Shown: one piece after another, positions 1 to 8,282 of the stretch
Layout of the letters: each line of letters begins with the position of its first letter
How positions within the stretch are numbered: position 1 is the stretch's first letter
NCBI GenBank assembly: GCA_964501105.1
Contig: CAZCRG010000003.1
Location: 1-37,045 of the forward strand
Origin: Candidatus Hydrothermarchaeota archaeon
GTDB taxonomy: Archaea > Hydrothermarchaeota > Hydrothermarchaeia > Hydrothermarchaeales > BMS3B
Direction of reading: 5' to 3'
DNA length: 37,045 bases
The notes under the pieces: model-generated
What the model saw: the letters and a program-made list of their open reading frames with translations, nothing else
What the model was told of the DNA's origin: nothing
Databases searched by the model: none
Program-made: the position numbers and the translations under genes

Positions 1-1
1 C

Positions 2-817
2 ATCTGGCGTGAGCTTATATTAAGAAAAAAAGTTAATATAGATAAGCTTGTTGTTGTCGCAGGAGGCGACTGCTATAACGCTCTTGTAGATGGCGAGAGG
101 GTTGAACTCTCAGGCCTGCCTACACTTTACTTCATCTATCCCTTCAACAGAGATGTTAAGGTTATGGAGGAGAATCTTAATTCTCTTGCAGAATTTGCGG
201 GAGGGATTAAAAATGAAGAGACCTTTGAGGAGGTAGCAGAACTCAAGAGGGAAGCTATCAGGGTGGATTCCCTCCGCACAAAAGGAAAAATAAGTTCAGT
301 CAAGGGCTTTGAGATTGAGGTTTCAGGGAGCGACTTAATGGGCAGCCTGGCGAAATACAGAGAGGCTATTGAAGGCCTTGAGGAGGAGGATGTGGATTTT
401 GACTACAGGGTTGCCCTTCTGGGAATTCCACCAATATATAAGGATTTCCACACATTTCTTCAAAGTGTAGGCTTACACGTTGCTTATGATGAGATGCCCT
501 TTGAATTTATAAGACACACAGGGCGAAATTTGAAAGAAGTGGCAGAGAGCTATGTGAACTACACCTTTGCAGGAAATATAAAGAGAAGAATGCAGTTTAT
601 TGAGAGGCAGCTCAGAGAAAGAGAAATAGATGCCATAATCCATTTCCAGCAGTTCTCATGTCACCACAAGCTGGAGGACAGTATTTTTAGAGAATACTTT
701 GCCGAGAAGCTTGGCTATCCCTATATAACAATTGAGGCAGATCTTCCTGGGAACACGCCAGAGCAGGCCAGATTAAGACTTGAAGCCTTTGCAGAGCGCT
801 TAGCTGAGGTGGTGTGA
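2..817 (+). CDS. 2-hydroxyacyl-CoA dehydratase family protein (HgdB / D-component-like), C-terminal part. The ORF is open to the window edge, so the 5' end is truncated.
   Basis: The reading frame of the 164..817 ORF has no stop codon back to position 2. A conserved Cys-containing C-terminal region (HFQQFSCHH) is typical of the HGD-D family. The gene is immediately followed, with a stop/start overlap, by an activase-type ATPase gene. This pairing is the usual one for 2-hydroxyglutaryl-CoA dehydratase and benzoyl-CoA reductase-like systems. Confidence 0.45.
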   Translation: MWRELILRKKVNIDKLVVVAGGDCYNALVDGERVELSGLPTLYFIYPFNRDVKVMEENLNSLAEFAGGIKNEETFEEVAELKREAIRVDSLRTKGKISSVKGFEIEVSGSDLMGSLAKYREAIEGLEEEDVDFDYRVALLGIPPIYKDFHTFLQSVGLHVAYDEMPFEFIRHTGRNLKEVAESYVNYTFAGNIKRRMQFIERQLREREIDAIIHFQQFSCHHKLEDSIFREYFAEKLGYPYITIEADLPGNTPEQARLRLEAFAERLAEVV

Positions 818-818
818 T

Positions 819-1523
819 GTGATTATTGGTCTTGATGTAGGCTCAAGGGCAGCAAAGGCAGCCTACTACACTGATAACTATGAGTACAGAATAGTGAGCT
901 CTCACTCCTGGCAGGATTTGATAAAGGAGGAAGGTATAATAGTTTCAACTGGTTACTTCAGGAAAAAGGTACCTCATGATTTGAATGTTACAGAGATTAC
1001 CACTGCTATTTATGGTGTGAGGCATTTTATTAAGGAGAATATTGATGCAATTGTTGATATAGGTGGGCAGGACACCAAGGTTATTGATTTGAGGAGGAAT
1101 GACTTCAGGATGAATGACAAGTGCAGCTCAGGCACTGGCACCTTCCTTGAGTATATAGCCAACTACTTTGCCCTGGATGTTTCTGAGCTGGAGAATCTTC
1201 ATTTTAAGGCAAAAACTAGGGCTAATATTAACTCCACCTGTTCAGTTTTTGCCCAGAGCGAAGTTGTATCAAGGCTTGTTGAGGGCTACTCCAAAGAGGA
1301 AATAATCAAGGGCATACATCATGCCTTTGCAAGAAGAATATCTCAGATGCTCCCAAGAGAAGCTAAGGTGATAGCTCTTATAGGCGGAACTGCCAAGAAC
1401 AGAGGTGTTGTGGATGCCTTCGAGAAGGAGCTTGGGGTTAAGGTTCTCGTACCCCAGGAACCCCAGGTGGTGAATGCTGTTGGAGCTGTAGAGTATTATC
1501 TCTCCATGGGGGAGAAGAGGTGA
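819..1523 (+). CDS. CoA-substrate-specific enzyme activase (BadF/BadG/BcrA/BcrD-type ATPase, HgdC-like)
   Basis: The N-terminal motif IIGLDVGSRAAKAAY is acetate/sugar-kinase-fold phosphate-1 (GxDxGST-like). The C-terminal LIGGTAKNRGVVDAFEKELGVKV..NAVGAV is typical of HgdC-type activators. The GTG start overlaps the stop of the upstream HgdB-like gene in GTGATGTG. Confidence 0.65.
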   Translation: MIIGLDVGSRAAKAAYYTDNYEYRIVSSHSWQDLIKEEGIIVSTGYFRKKVPHDLNVTEITTAIYGVRHFIKENIDAIVDIGGQDTKVIDLRRNDFRMNDKCSSGTGTFLEYIANYFALDVSELENLHFKAKTRANINSTCSVFAQSEVVSRLVEGYSKEEIIKGIHHAFARRISQMLPREAKVIALIGGTAKNRGVVDAFEKELGVKVLVPQEPQVVNAVGAVEYYLSMGEKR

Positions 1524-1790
1524 AGCTTTTTCTCTTACCTCTGGGCAGTATTTTATTTAGGAGGTTGAAAGTCTGACAGTAGCTCCTGGAGAATCCTGGT
1601 GCGGGAACTGAGATGCTCTAAAAAGAGCTTCTCACGGAAGAATTGTGTAAACCCTGAAAAGGGAAGTATGAAGGTGATTGTATTAATGAGCCACAAACCT
1701 GAATTTCTCTATTACTGATACTGTTGCCTTGGGTTTAGGATAGCCCTACTATAGCAGTTTGCTCATGTTAACAAGGATTTAAAATCTGCC

Positions 1791-1864
1791 GGGGCTGTAG
1801 GGTAGCCTGGTTATCCTCGTGGCTTTGGGAGCCATGGACTCCGGTTCAAATCCGGGCAGCCCCA
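1791..1864 (+). tRNA. tRNA-Pro (anticodon TGG)
   Basis: Cloverleaf read by hand. The acceptor stem is GGGGCTG/CAGCCCC, the D-loop is AGCCTGGTTA, the anticodon stem is GTGGC/GCCAT with loop TTTGGGA (anticodon UGG), and the T-arm is CCGGG-TTCAAAT-CCGGG with discriminator A. No encoded CCA, no intron. Confidence 0.8.
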
Positions 1865-1872
1865 CTTTGTTT

Positions 1873-2169
1873 TTATCCACCAGCTTCAGCCGATAGGACC
1901 CTTATTGTATCTGTGTCACAAACTGTTGTATCTGGCCCCTGAAGATTATTTATATCAATACCATTTTTAAGTACTATAATATTGGATTTGAAGACATGGC
2001 CGTCAAAGATAAAAGATTTTGCTTTTTCTGATTTTCCTAGAATTTCCTGGAGAACTTCATTTACAGTTCTGTCCTTATCAATTTTTACTTCAACCTCATT
2101 TTTTCCGATTTCATCTTCAACAACATAGAGTAATTCAAATTTTACCCTCGCCATAAAAATACCTCCCAT
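1873..2169 (-). CDS. MoaD/ThiS-family ubiquitin-like small protein (possible SAMP-type modifier). The true start is probably the internal Met at MARVKF.
   Basis: The ~93-aa beta-grasp-sized protein ends in a diglycine (..SAEAGG-stop), the hallmark of MoaD/ThiS/SAMP sulfur carriers and archaeal ubiquitin-like modifiers. The gene is convergent with tRNA-Pro; the stop codon lies 9 nt from the tRNA 3' end. Confidence 0.5.
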   Translation of the reverse strand: MGGIFMARVKFELLYVVEDEIGKNEVEVKIDKDRTVNEVLQEILGKSEKAKSFIFDGHVFKSNIIVLKNGIDINNLQGPDTTVCDTDTIRVLSAEAGG

Positions 2170-2354
2170 AAAAAACTTTTTTATTTAACATCGAAAATAA
2201 AATTAACTCTACACTCTTGGAGTAGTGGTTATGGAGGTCTTGATGTTTTCAGGTGTGACTTCGGACCTTCCAACTAACACAAGCGGAGAAAATGTGAAAA
2301 GTAAGGGGGCTCTCATTCACTCGCTTACGCAAGGGAACTTCTAGCCCGTATCTG

Positions 2355-2702
<348 letters not shown>

Positions 2703-3965
2703 CTAAGCATAGGCTTTCTCAGCATGCTGAGCTATATCAAGCCCTATATCTTCCTCCTCTTCTGGCACTCTCAGGCCTATAGTTCTGTCAATAAGCTTTG
2801 CTAAGACATAAGTCACAGTAAAGGCATATATCCAGCTGGCTCCTGTGGCTATAAGCTGGACTACAAACTGCTGGATGTCGCCCAATATCAAGCCACTTGC
2901 ACCAATACTGGCGAAGATGCCTGTAGCTATGGCACCCCAGGTGCCACCCATCCCATGCACTGCCCAGGCGTCGAGACTCTCATCTATACCCTTCTTAACT
3001 CTGGATAGAAGGGCATAGTAGCAGATTGCACCGGCGCCAATACCTATGGCTATTGAGGCAAGGGGAGTAACAAAGCCAGCCGCAGGTGTAATTGCCACAA
3101 GTCCGGCGACAGCACCACTAGCTATACCAAGAGCACTTGGCTTCCTGTGATACCAGCTGAGGAGTAGCCAGGTTAATGCTGCTGCAGCGGCTGCAGTGTT
3201 GGTTACCACAAGAGCATTTGCAGCAAGGCTATTTGCACCCAGAGCACTGCCAGCATTGAAGCCAAACCAGCCGAACCAGAGCAGAGCAGCGCCAAAAACT
3301 GTCATGGGCACATTGTGGGGTTCCATGGACACTGTACCAAAGCCTTTCCTTGCCCCTATCACAAGGGCAATAGCTAGGGCGGAGATACCGGAGCTTATGT
3401 GCACTACAGTACCGCCTGCAAAATCAAGAGCACCCAGGTTGGCGAGCCAGCCACCGCCCCATACCCAGTGTGCCAGGGGGTCATAAACCAGGGTGGTCCA
3501 GAGAAGTGTAAATACGAGGAAGGCACTGAACTTTATTCTCTCAACAAAGGCTGCTATTATTAGAGCAGGGGTTATAATTGCAAAAGCACCCTGGAATAAT
3601 ATAAAGGCAAGCTCTGGTATGGCGGTACCGTCTAGGACATCAAAGCCCACGCCTTTGAGCCCCAGGTACTCCAGACCACCTATCACCCCGCCTATATCAC
3701 TGCCGAAGGCGAGAGTATAGCCAAAGAGAACCCACTGGATACTTACAAGGGCAAGCACAGCTATGCTCATTGTTATTGTGGACAGAGCATTTTTCCTCCT
3801 CACCATACCGCCGTAGAAAAGCCCAACAGCCGGTGTCATCAAAATCACCAGAGCTGTGCTTACCAGTACCCAGGCAGTGTCACCAGCACTTATCTCAACT
3901 GCCTCTTCTGCACTGACGGAGGCAACAGCTGCCATCATGGATAGAATAACTACAACTTTTCTCAT
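2703..3965 (-). CDS. amtB: Ammonium transporter (Amt/AmtB family)
   Basis: The protein has an N-terminal signal peptide and many glycine-rich transmembrane helices. It is co-located with glnK. The ATG at 3965 is preceded by GAGGTGA on the minus strand. The longer ORF reaching 3995 is probably not the real start. Confidence 0.9.
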   Translation of the reverse strand: MRKVVVILSMMAAVASVSAEEAVEISAGDTAWVLVSTALVILMTPAVGLFYGGMVRRKNALSTITMSIAVLALVSIQWVLFGYTLAFGSDIGGVIGGLEYLGLKGVGFDVLDGTAIPELAFILFQGAFAIITPALIIAAFVERIKFSAFLVFTLLWTTLVYDPLAHWVWGGGWLANLGALDFAGGTVVHISSGISALAIALVIGARKGFGTVSMEPHNVPMTVFGAALLWFGWFGFNAGSALGANSLAANALVVTNTAAAAAALTWLLLSWYHRKPSALGIASGAVAGLVAITPAAGFVTPLASIAIGIGAGAICYYALLSRVKKGIDESLDAWAVHGMGGTWGAIATGIFASIGASGLILGDIQQFVVQLIATGASWIYAFTVTYVLAKLIDRTIGLRVPEEEEDIGLDIAQHAEKAYA

Positions 3966-4058
3966 TTTTTCACCTCTTTTTAGAAAACTTCTCATAAATA
4001 TGAAATTTATAAATGTATTTAAGAAATTTTAAGATGTTGTGTGTATTTTTAATAATAA

Positions 4059-4091
4059 ATCACAAAAGTTATGAATTTATCACAAAAGTTA
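4059..4091. promoter_or_regulatory. Exact 13-nt direct repeat ATCACAAAAGTTA x2, with units at 4059-4071 and 4079-4091, in the amtB(-)/thyX-like(+) divergent intergenic region. Candidate transcription-factor binding site.
   Basis: Two identical 13-mers 20 bp apart, about two helical turns, in an AT-rich promoter region upstream of the TATA-like TTTATAAA at about 4014-4021. Confidence 0.3.
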
Positions 4092-4213
4092 ATACAGTTA
4101 TGGAGAATCCTGTAGCTGAAAGGCTTCCGATAAATATTTATTGCTGCTGAGAAATAGGAAAATTTAGTTGATATAGGGGTATTGAGAGTAGTAAAAAAAA
4201 TGGTGGTAGCTCA

Positions 4214-5137
4214 ATGGATATAGAGATTAGAAACCTCAGAGTGTTCAACGACATTTCTTTTGTTGCTCACTCGGCAAGGGTTAGCGGTGTTGGAAAGATT
4301 AGATGCGAGTGCGGAGGGGATAAAAACTGTGAAAGGTGCGGGGGTAGTGGTTTAAGGGAGCCCACTGACAGCGAAATTTTCAATATGGTACTTGAAAATG
4401 ACTACTCCTCAGCACTGGAGCATATTGTATTTACCTTTGAAATTCATGGCCTGAGCAAGGGTAACTCTGCTGAGCTTCTGGAGCACAGGATTGCAAGTCA
4501 TACAGGAAGGAGCACCAGGTATCAGAGTGAGGTAAGCTTTGATTATGTGCTACCTCCTGCGGTTTCACAGATATTGAAGAAGTACAGTATTTCTCCAGAT
4601 GAATACAAGGCAATGGTTGAGAATGGAGAGGTGAATATTTCTGATGCCTCTGAGGAGGATATTGAAGTTCTTAGACTTTACTCTCAGGCTGTGAAGGCAG
4701 GGAAAAATGCCTATAAGTCTCTTCTTGAGATTGGCGTGCCCAAGGAGAGTGCAAGATATGCTCTTCCCTTTTCTGTGCATACAGCCTATACTTACACAAT
4801 AAATCTGAGAAGTCTTATCAACTTTCTTGGCTTGAGGCTGTGCGTCAGAGCCTCGCCAGAGATGAGATGCCTCGCCTCAAAGATTTATCTTGCTGTAAGA
4901 GAGGCTTTTCCTGAAATTGACAGGGTGTGGTGTCGTGGATATAACCATGCCTCCTGCCCAGAGAATGAGGTTAGAGACTCGCCTCAGGGCAGAGAGTGCC
5001 CCTTTAAGAATCCTGAGAGTGATGTCTTTATCCCGACAAAAAAGCATATCAGGGCAGGAGTTAAGCTGAAGCCCTTCAGCCATGAGAAGTTTTCAGAGGT
5101 GAGGGAAAGTCTTCTAAAGAAGTGGAGCGAGATTTAG
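4214..5137 (+). CDS. thyX: Flavin-dependent thymidylate synthase ThyX-like protein, divergent, with a Cys4 zinc-ribbon-like insertion
   Basis: ThyX core motifs are present. The N-terminal ..VAHSARVS.. aligns to the ThyX ..AARV.. region. EHIVFTFEIHG and EHRIASHTGRSTRY correspond to the RHRx7S..RY signature. ARYALPFSVHTAYTYTINLRSLINFLGLR is the conserved ThyX helix. Extra Cys-rich segments (CECGGDKNCERCGG, and C-terminal CRGYNHASCP..RECP) are not in canonical ThyX. Confidence 0.55.
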   Translation: MDIEIRNLRVFNDISFVAHSARVSGVGKIRCECGGDKNCERCGGSGLREPTDSEIFNMVLENDYSSALEHIVFTFEIHGLSKGNSAELLEHRIASHTGRSTRYQSEVSFDYVLPPAVSQILKKYSISPDEYKAMVENGEVNISDASEEDIEVLRLYSQAVKAGKNAYKSLLEIGVPKESARYALPFSVHTAYTYTINLRSLINFLGLRLCVRASPEMRCLASKIYLAVREAFPEIDRVWCRGYNHASCPENEVRDSPQGRECPFKNPESDVFIPTKKHIRAGVKLKPFSHEKFSEVRESLLKKWSEI

Positions 5138-5742
5138 AGTTTTTTGCCGAGAATTTCAGTTACTTCACCTTTTTCATCTCTTAAAACAAGACCTCCGAGA
5201 AACCCTCTGATTCTGATTTCAACCATATCTTTATCCCTCCTGTAACTCTCAATATCCCTCCATCTGATGAATCTCAGCCCTCTCTTAATGCCCCTTTCAT
5301 AAATATCAACTTTCCTTGGAGATATAATGGAGAATATCACAGCTGGAAAATATACAAATAAAGGTATCAGTCTGTCAATATTAGAATTTTTATAAACTAT
5401 TTCATAGAGTGAAATAACTGCCATTGAGAGTATAGACAAACTGTAGATTAACAGAAAAATCTGATTAACTCTATTCCAGAGAGGGTACTCATGAGTCTCA
5501 TACAGCTTTCTACCCTTTTCAATTCTGGCAACTTTTCTTTTGTTTATATAAATTAATCCAAAAATTAATATTAGTGCTAGAACGATTATATAAATTACGA
5601 AAATATTGATACTTATATAGATTTTCTTGATAAATATATAGTATATACCTAAAACAGTACTAAAGATTATCAAAGCCACCTTCTTGAGATTTGACTTTGA
5701 CAGGTTTATTCTCATAATAGAACCCTCATTTTTCAGTGTCAT
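5134..5742 (-). CDS. Membrane protein with a C-terminal bacterial-PH-like domain, lying in an AT-rich island
   Basis: There are three to four very hydrophobic Ile/Leu/Tyr-rich helices, then a basic, beta-rich C-terminus (RKVDIYERGIKRGLRFIRWRDIE..). GC content is much lower than in flanking genes. Confidence 0.35.
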   Translation of the reverse strand: MTLKNEGSIMRINLSKSNLKKVALIIFSTVLGIYYIFIKKIYISINIFVIYIIVLALILIFGLIYINKRKVARIEKGRKLYETHEYPLWNRVNQIFLLIYSLSILSMAVISLYEIVYKNSNIDRLIPLFVYFPAVIFSIISPRKVDIYERGIKRGLRFIRWRDIESYRRDKDMVEIRIRGFLGGLVLRDEKGEVTEILGKKL

Positions 5743-5785
5743 TTGAGCAACTTAAATTTTAATCTAACTATTATTTTTAACTATT

Positions 5786-5862
5786 TGTGTTATATGCAAA
5801 ACATATGAATTTGGCAGAGAAGAAGGTGGCTACAAGAAGCGAAATAATTTCCAGATAACACA
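5786..5862. mobile_element. MITE-like 77-bp miniature derivative of the IS found at 32113-32970. It consists of a left IR-like end, a 28-bp spacer and a right IR.
   Basis: Positions 5839-5862, GCGAAATAATTTCCAGATAACACA, are a 24/24 match to the IS right terminal repeat at 32947-32970. Positions 5786-5804, TGTGTTATATGCAAAACAT, match the IS left end TGTGTTATCTGCAAAAGAT at 17/19. Confidence 0.5.
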
Positions 5863-5903
5863 GAGAGCTTAAAAACATTTTAAAAAATTAAAAAAAGAGA
5901 GGC

Positions 5904-7184
5904 TTACTTCCGCCTCATAAGCCCTGCAGCCAGTGGAATAACTGCTATTAAAGCAATCGCAGTTGGACCGCAGACTCCTTTCTCCTCCGGCAGAGGTGCA
6001 GGAGTTTCTTCTGGAGGTGCCTCAGTTTCTGGAGGCTTTTCCTCTACCTTGCCAAAAGTGTGGATTCCCTCTGCATAGCTGGCTGCCCAGGCTTTGTCTT
6101 TATTCTCGTGACACTGGAGGCAGGCATACTCAAGAGTTATATATCCTCTGGCGTATTCTTTGCCGTCCTCTGCTGTTATTATAAACTCTGCATCTTCGCT
6201 GGTGTCAATCCTGAAGAGGTGAGTTCTTACGTCACCAACGTAGTCCCCAGTTGCAACTGCAGATTTTGTTGCTTTTGGCATGTGGCAGTCTATACATCTC
6301 ACTCCTTCTTTCTGCATTAAACTTCCCTGGAATTTTTCAGCAACATCGCTGTGGCAATCTTCACATTTCTTCTTTATACCAGCACCCTCCTCTGGGTTAG
6401 TGGCTCCTTTATGCACTCCCTCATGGGGGTCGTGGCAGGTAACACACCTCAGGCTTGCCATGCCTCCTGAGTTCTTGAGCTCCTGATACTGTTCATGGTG
6501 TTTTATGAATTTTCCGCTTGCAGGTGGAAGATCGCTTGGACCCCTTATATGACAGAGACCACAGAGTTCGCTTCTCTCATCCACCACTATGGCAACTCCC
6601 TTACCTCCACCTCTGGCTACGTGCTCACTTCCGGGGCCGTGGCAGGCTTCGCACTGAATACCTCTGAAAGTCCAGTTGCCAACAATACCAGGAAGGTTAA
6701 GGTGGTTTTCATCATAGGTTGAGCCTGTGTTGTGGCATCTGGTGCAGTCGTACATTTTGTCTTCACCGCTATGGTAAGCACTCCAGGTTTTGGTTTCCCA
6801 GTTGTACTGGTTTTTCTCCAGGGGCTGACCATCTTTTGTTCTAGTAATTATAAAGCCGTCCTTGCCTATAAATCGAGACTTCCAGCCCCAGCCACCTATC
6901 ACGTAGAGTATGTCATCCCAGGTGTAGCCCTCTGGTAGTGGCATATCAGGTCTAATTTTCTTTGCCTCATCAGGCGTCATTAACTTGTAGGGATGCCCGG
7001 ATTTTATAAACTCACTGTATTTGTCAGGATGACAGCCTTTGCACACTTCAGACCCCACATAGGTCGCTGAGGGGTCTCCCTTTGCTATGGACTCTTTAAA
7101 ATCCCCTATTACATATTCTTTCCCCAAAACTGGGGAGAACAAAAACAAAATTCCAAGTAGAGCAACAATTAAAATTCCCCGCAT
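5904..7184 (-). CDS. Secreted octaheme c-type cytochrome with a C-terminal archaeosortase-type (PGF-CTERM-like) membrane anchor
   Basis: Eight CxxCH motifs are present: CKGCH, CTRCH, CEACH, CGLCH, CVTCH, CEDCH, CIDCH and CLQCH. There is an N-terminal signal peptide. A Pro/Glu/Thr-rich linker is followed by GVCGPTAIALIAVIPLAAGLMRRK. A TATA-like TTTATAAT lies about 30 bp upstream on the minus strand. Confidence 0.85.
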   Translation of the reverse strand: MRGILIVALLGILFLFSPVLGKEYVIGDFKESIAKGDPSATYVGSEVCKGCHPDKYSEFIKSGHPYKLMTPDEAKKIRPDMPLPEGYTWDDILYVIGGWGWKSRFIGKDGFIITRTKDGQPLEKNQYNWETKTWSAYHSGEDKMYDCTRCHNTGSTYDENHLNLPGIVGNWTFRGIQCEACHGPGSEHVARGGGKGVAIVVDERSELCGLCHIRGPSDLPPASGKFIKHHEQYQELKNSGGMASLRCVTCHDPHEGVHKGATNPEEGAGIKKKCEDCHSDVAEKFQGSLMQKEGVRCIDCHMPKATKSAVATGDYVGDVRTHLFRIDTSEDAEFIITAEDGKEYARGYITLEYACLQCHENKDKAWAASYAEGIHTFGKVEEKPPETEAPPEETPAPLPEEKGVCGPTAIALIAVIPLAAGLMRRK

Positions 7185-7443
7185 ATTTCCACCTCCTGAA
7201 ATTTATTTTACAAATTATAAATAGGAATTTAATAGAATATAAAACTTCCCTTTATAGTGACCTACTGGAGCATAAAAGTAAAGAGAAAAATTTTATAAGC
7301 AGTGAAAGCCAAGTAGCTTTATGGACGAAGATTTCAAAAAAGATATCCTCAGGTACAGCAAAAAAATAAGTTTTAATCCAGAACATTACAAAAAGTCGGA
7401 AAAGAAAAATAAAAGTAAAAGCTGAAAGGGAGCAAAGCAACTC

Positions 7444-8274
7444 TTATAATAACTTTTCATAGCTTCTTTTGAGTAGCAGTGCATCCTCTTCCAGGTTGGG
7501 GCTTTCGCATAAAACCTTTCCTGCTACATTAAAGTCCACAAGAGCTCTGAGAACATCCCTGTAGTTAAATTCTGATTCTTTGAGAATTCTGTGGTTCTTC
7601 TCACCTCCCTTACCATACTCTATCCCAGAGAGGTGGATGTGCATATCCTTAAGAGCTTCCCTGCCAAGACCATCTTCAACAGTGGAGAGAATCTGACTAA
7701 AGTCCTCATAAGAATTGACTGCTCCTCTGCTTCTTGCATATATGTGGGCAAAGTCTATACAGGGCATCACGCCCTCCAGCTCACTGCTAAGCCTGACAAG
7801 CTCCTCCACAGTACCAAACTGGGTTTTCTTTCCTGTAGTTTCTGGCCTGAGGGTTGCTTCTATTCCGTGGGAGCTCAATTCCTCAAGAATTACCTGAATC
7901 TCCTTTTTAACCACTCTATAAACCTTCTCAGGAGAGCTTTTCAGGTAGAAGGCAGCATGGAAGGCAATATCTCTCGCTCCACAGATTGAGCCCACTCTTG
8001 CTGAGTCAAAAATTCTTTTTCTGCTTGCTTCGGCCTTATCAGGAGAGTTGAGGTTGATATAGTAGGGAGCGTGCACAGTAAGGAGGACCTCCCTTTTCTG
8101 AGAAGCCTTTCTCACTTCCCTGGCTTTCTCATCTCCCATTCTAACTCCCCTGACAAACTCCACCTCCATACATTCTAAGCCAAGCTCTTTAACACGCTCT
8201 ATGCCGGATACTGTGTCCCTGGCCTTTGAAGATAGCGGTGACCCAGCAGTGCCAAAAAGGAGTCTATTTCCCAT
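7444..8274 (-). CDS. Endonuclease IV (Nfo) family / xylose-isomerase-like TIM-barrel protein (AP endonuclease family 2)
   Basis: HAPYYINLNS resembles Nfo HDSYLINL. Downstream segments align to Nfo metal-binding regions: ETTGK.., CIDFAHIYA, and MHIHLSG..G.GGEKNHR. Confidence 0.5.
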   Translation of the reverse strand: MGNRLLFGTAGSPLSSKARDTVSGIERVKELGLECMEVEFVRGVRMGDEKAREVRKASQKREVLLTVHAPYYINLNSPDKAEASRKRIFDSARVGSICGARDIAFHAAFYLKSSPEKVYRVVKKEIQVILEELSSHGIEATLRPETTGKKTQFGTVEELVRLSSELEGVMPCIDFAHIYARSRGAVNSYEDFSQILSTVEDGLGREALKDMHIHLSGIEYGKGGEKNHRILKESEFNYRDVLRALVDFNVAGKVLCESPNLEEDALLLKRSYEKLL

Positions 8275-8282
8275 GGCGACAC

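Noticed and set aside
1743-1769. 11-nt match TATAGCAGTTT shared between 1751-1761 and 17879-17889
   Set aside because: At this window size, more than 100 chance 11-mer matches are expected. There is no extended similarity around it.
1524-1790. A 267-bp non-coding stretch upstream of tRNA-Pro, a possible small RNA gene such as a C/D box sRNA
   Set aside because: I could find only weak box C/D-like matches and no convincing stem. I cannot support an RNA gene without a covariance search (Infernal/Rfam).
5963-6938. Many 60-90 aa ORFs on the plus strand, for example 6060..6320, 6495..6722 and 6732..6938, and one on the minus strand (6617..6832)
   Set aside because: They lie entirely within the octaheme cytochrome gene, antisense or out of frame. 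They are Ser/Leu/Pro-rich with no motifs, typical of spurious ORFs inside a GC-biased gene.
7252-7440. 62-aa ORF in the intergenic region between nfo-like and the cytochrome gene
   Set aside because: The translation is Phe/Leu-rich from an AT-rich promoter region. This region more likely holds the TATA/BRE elements of the cytochrome gene.
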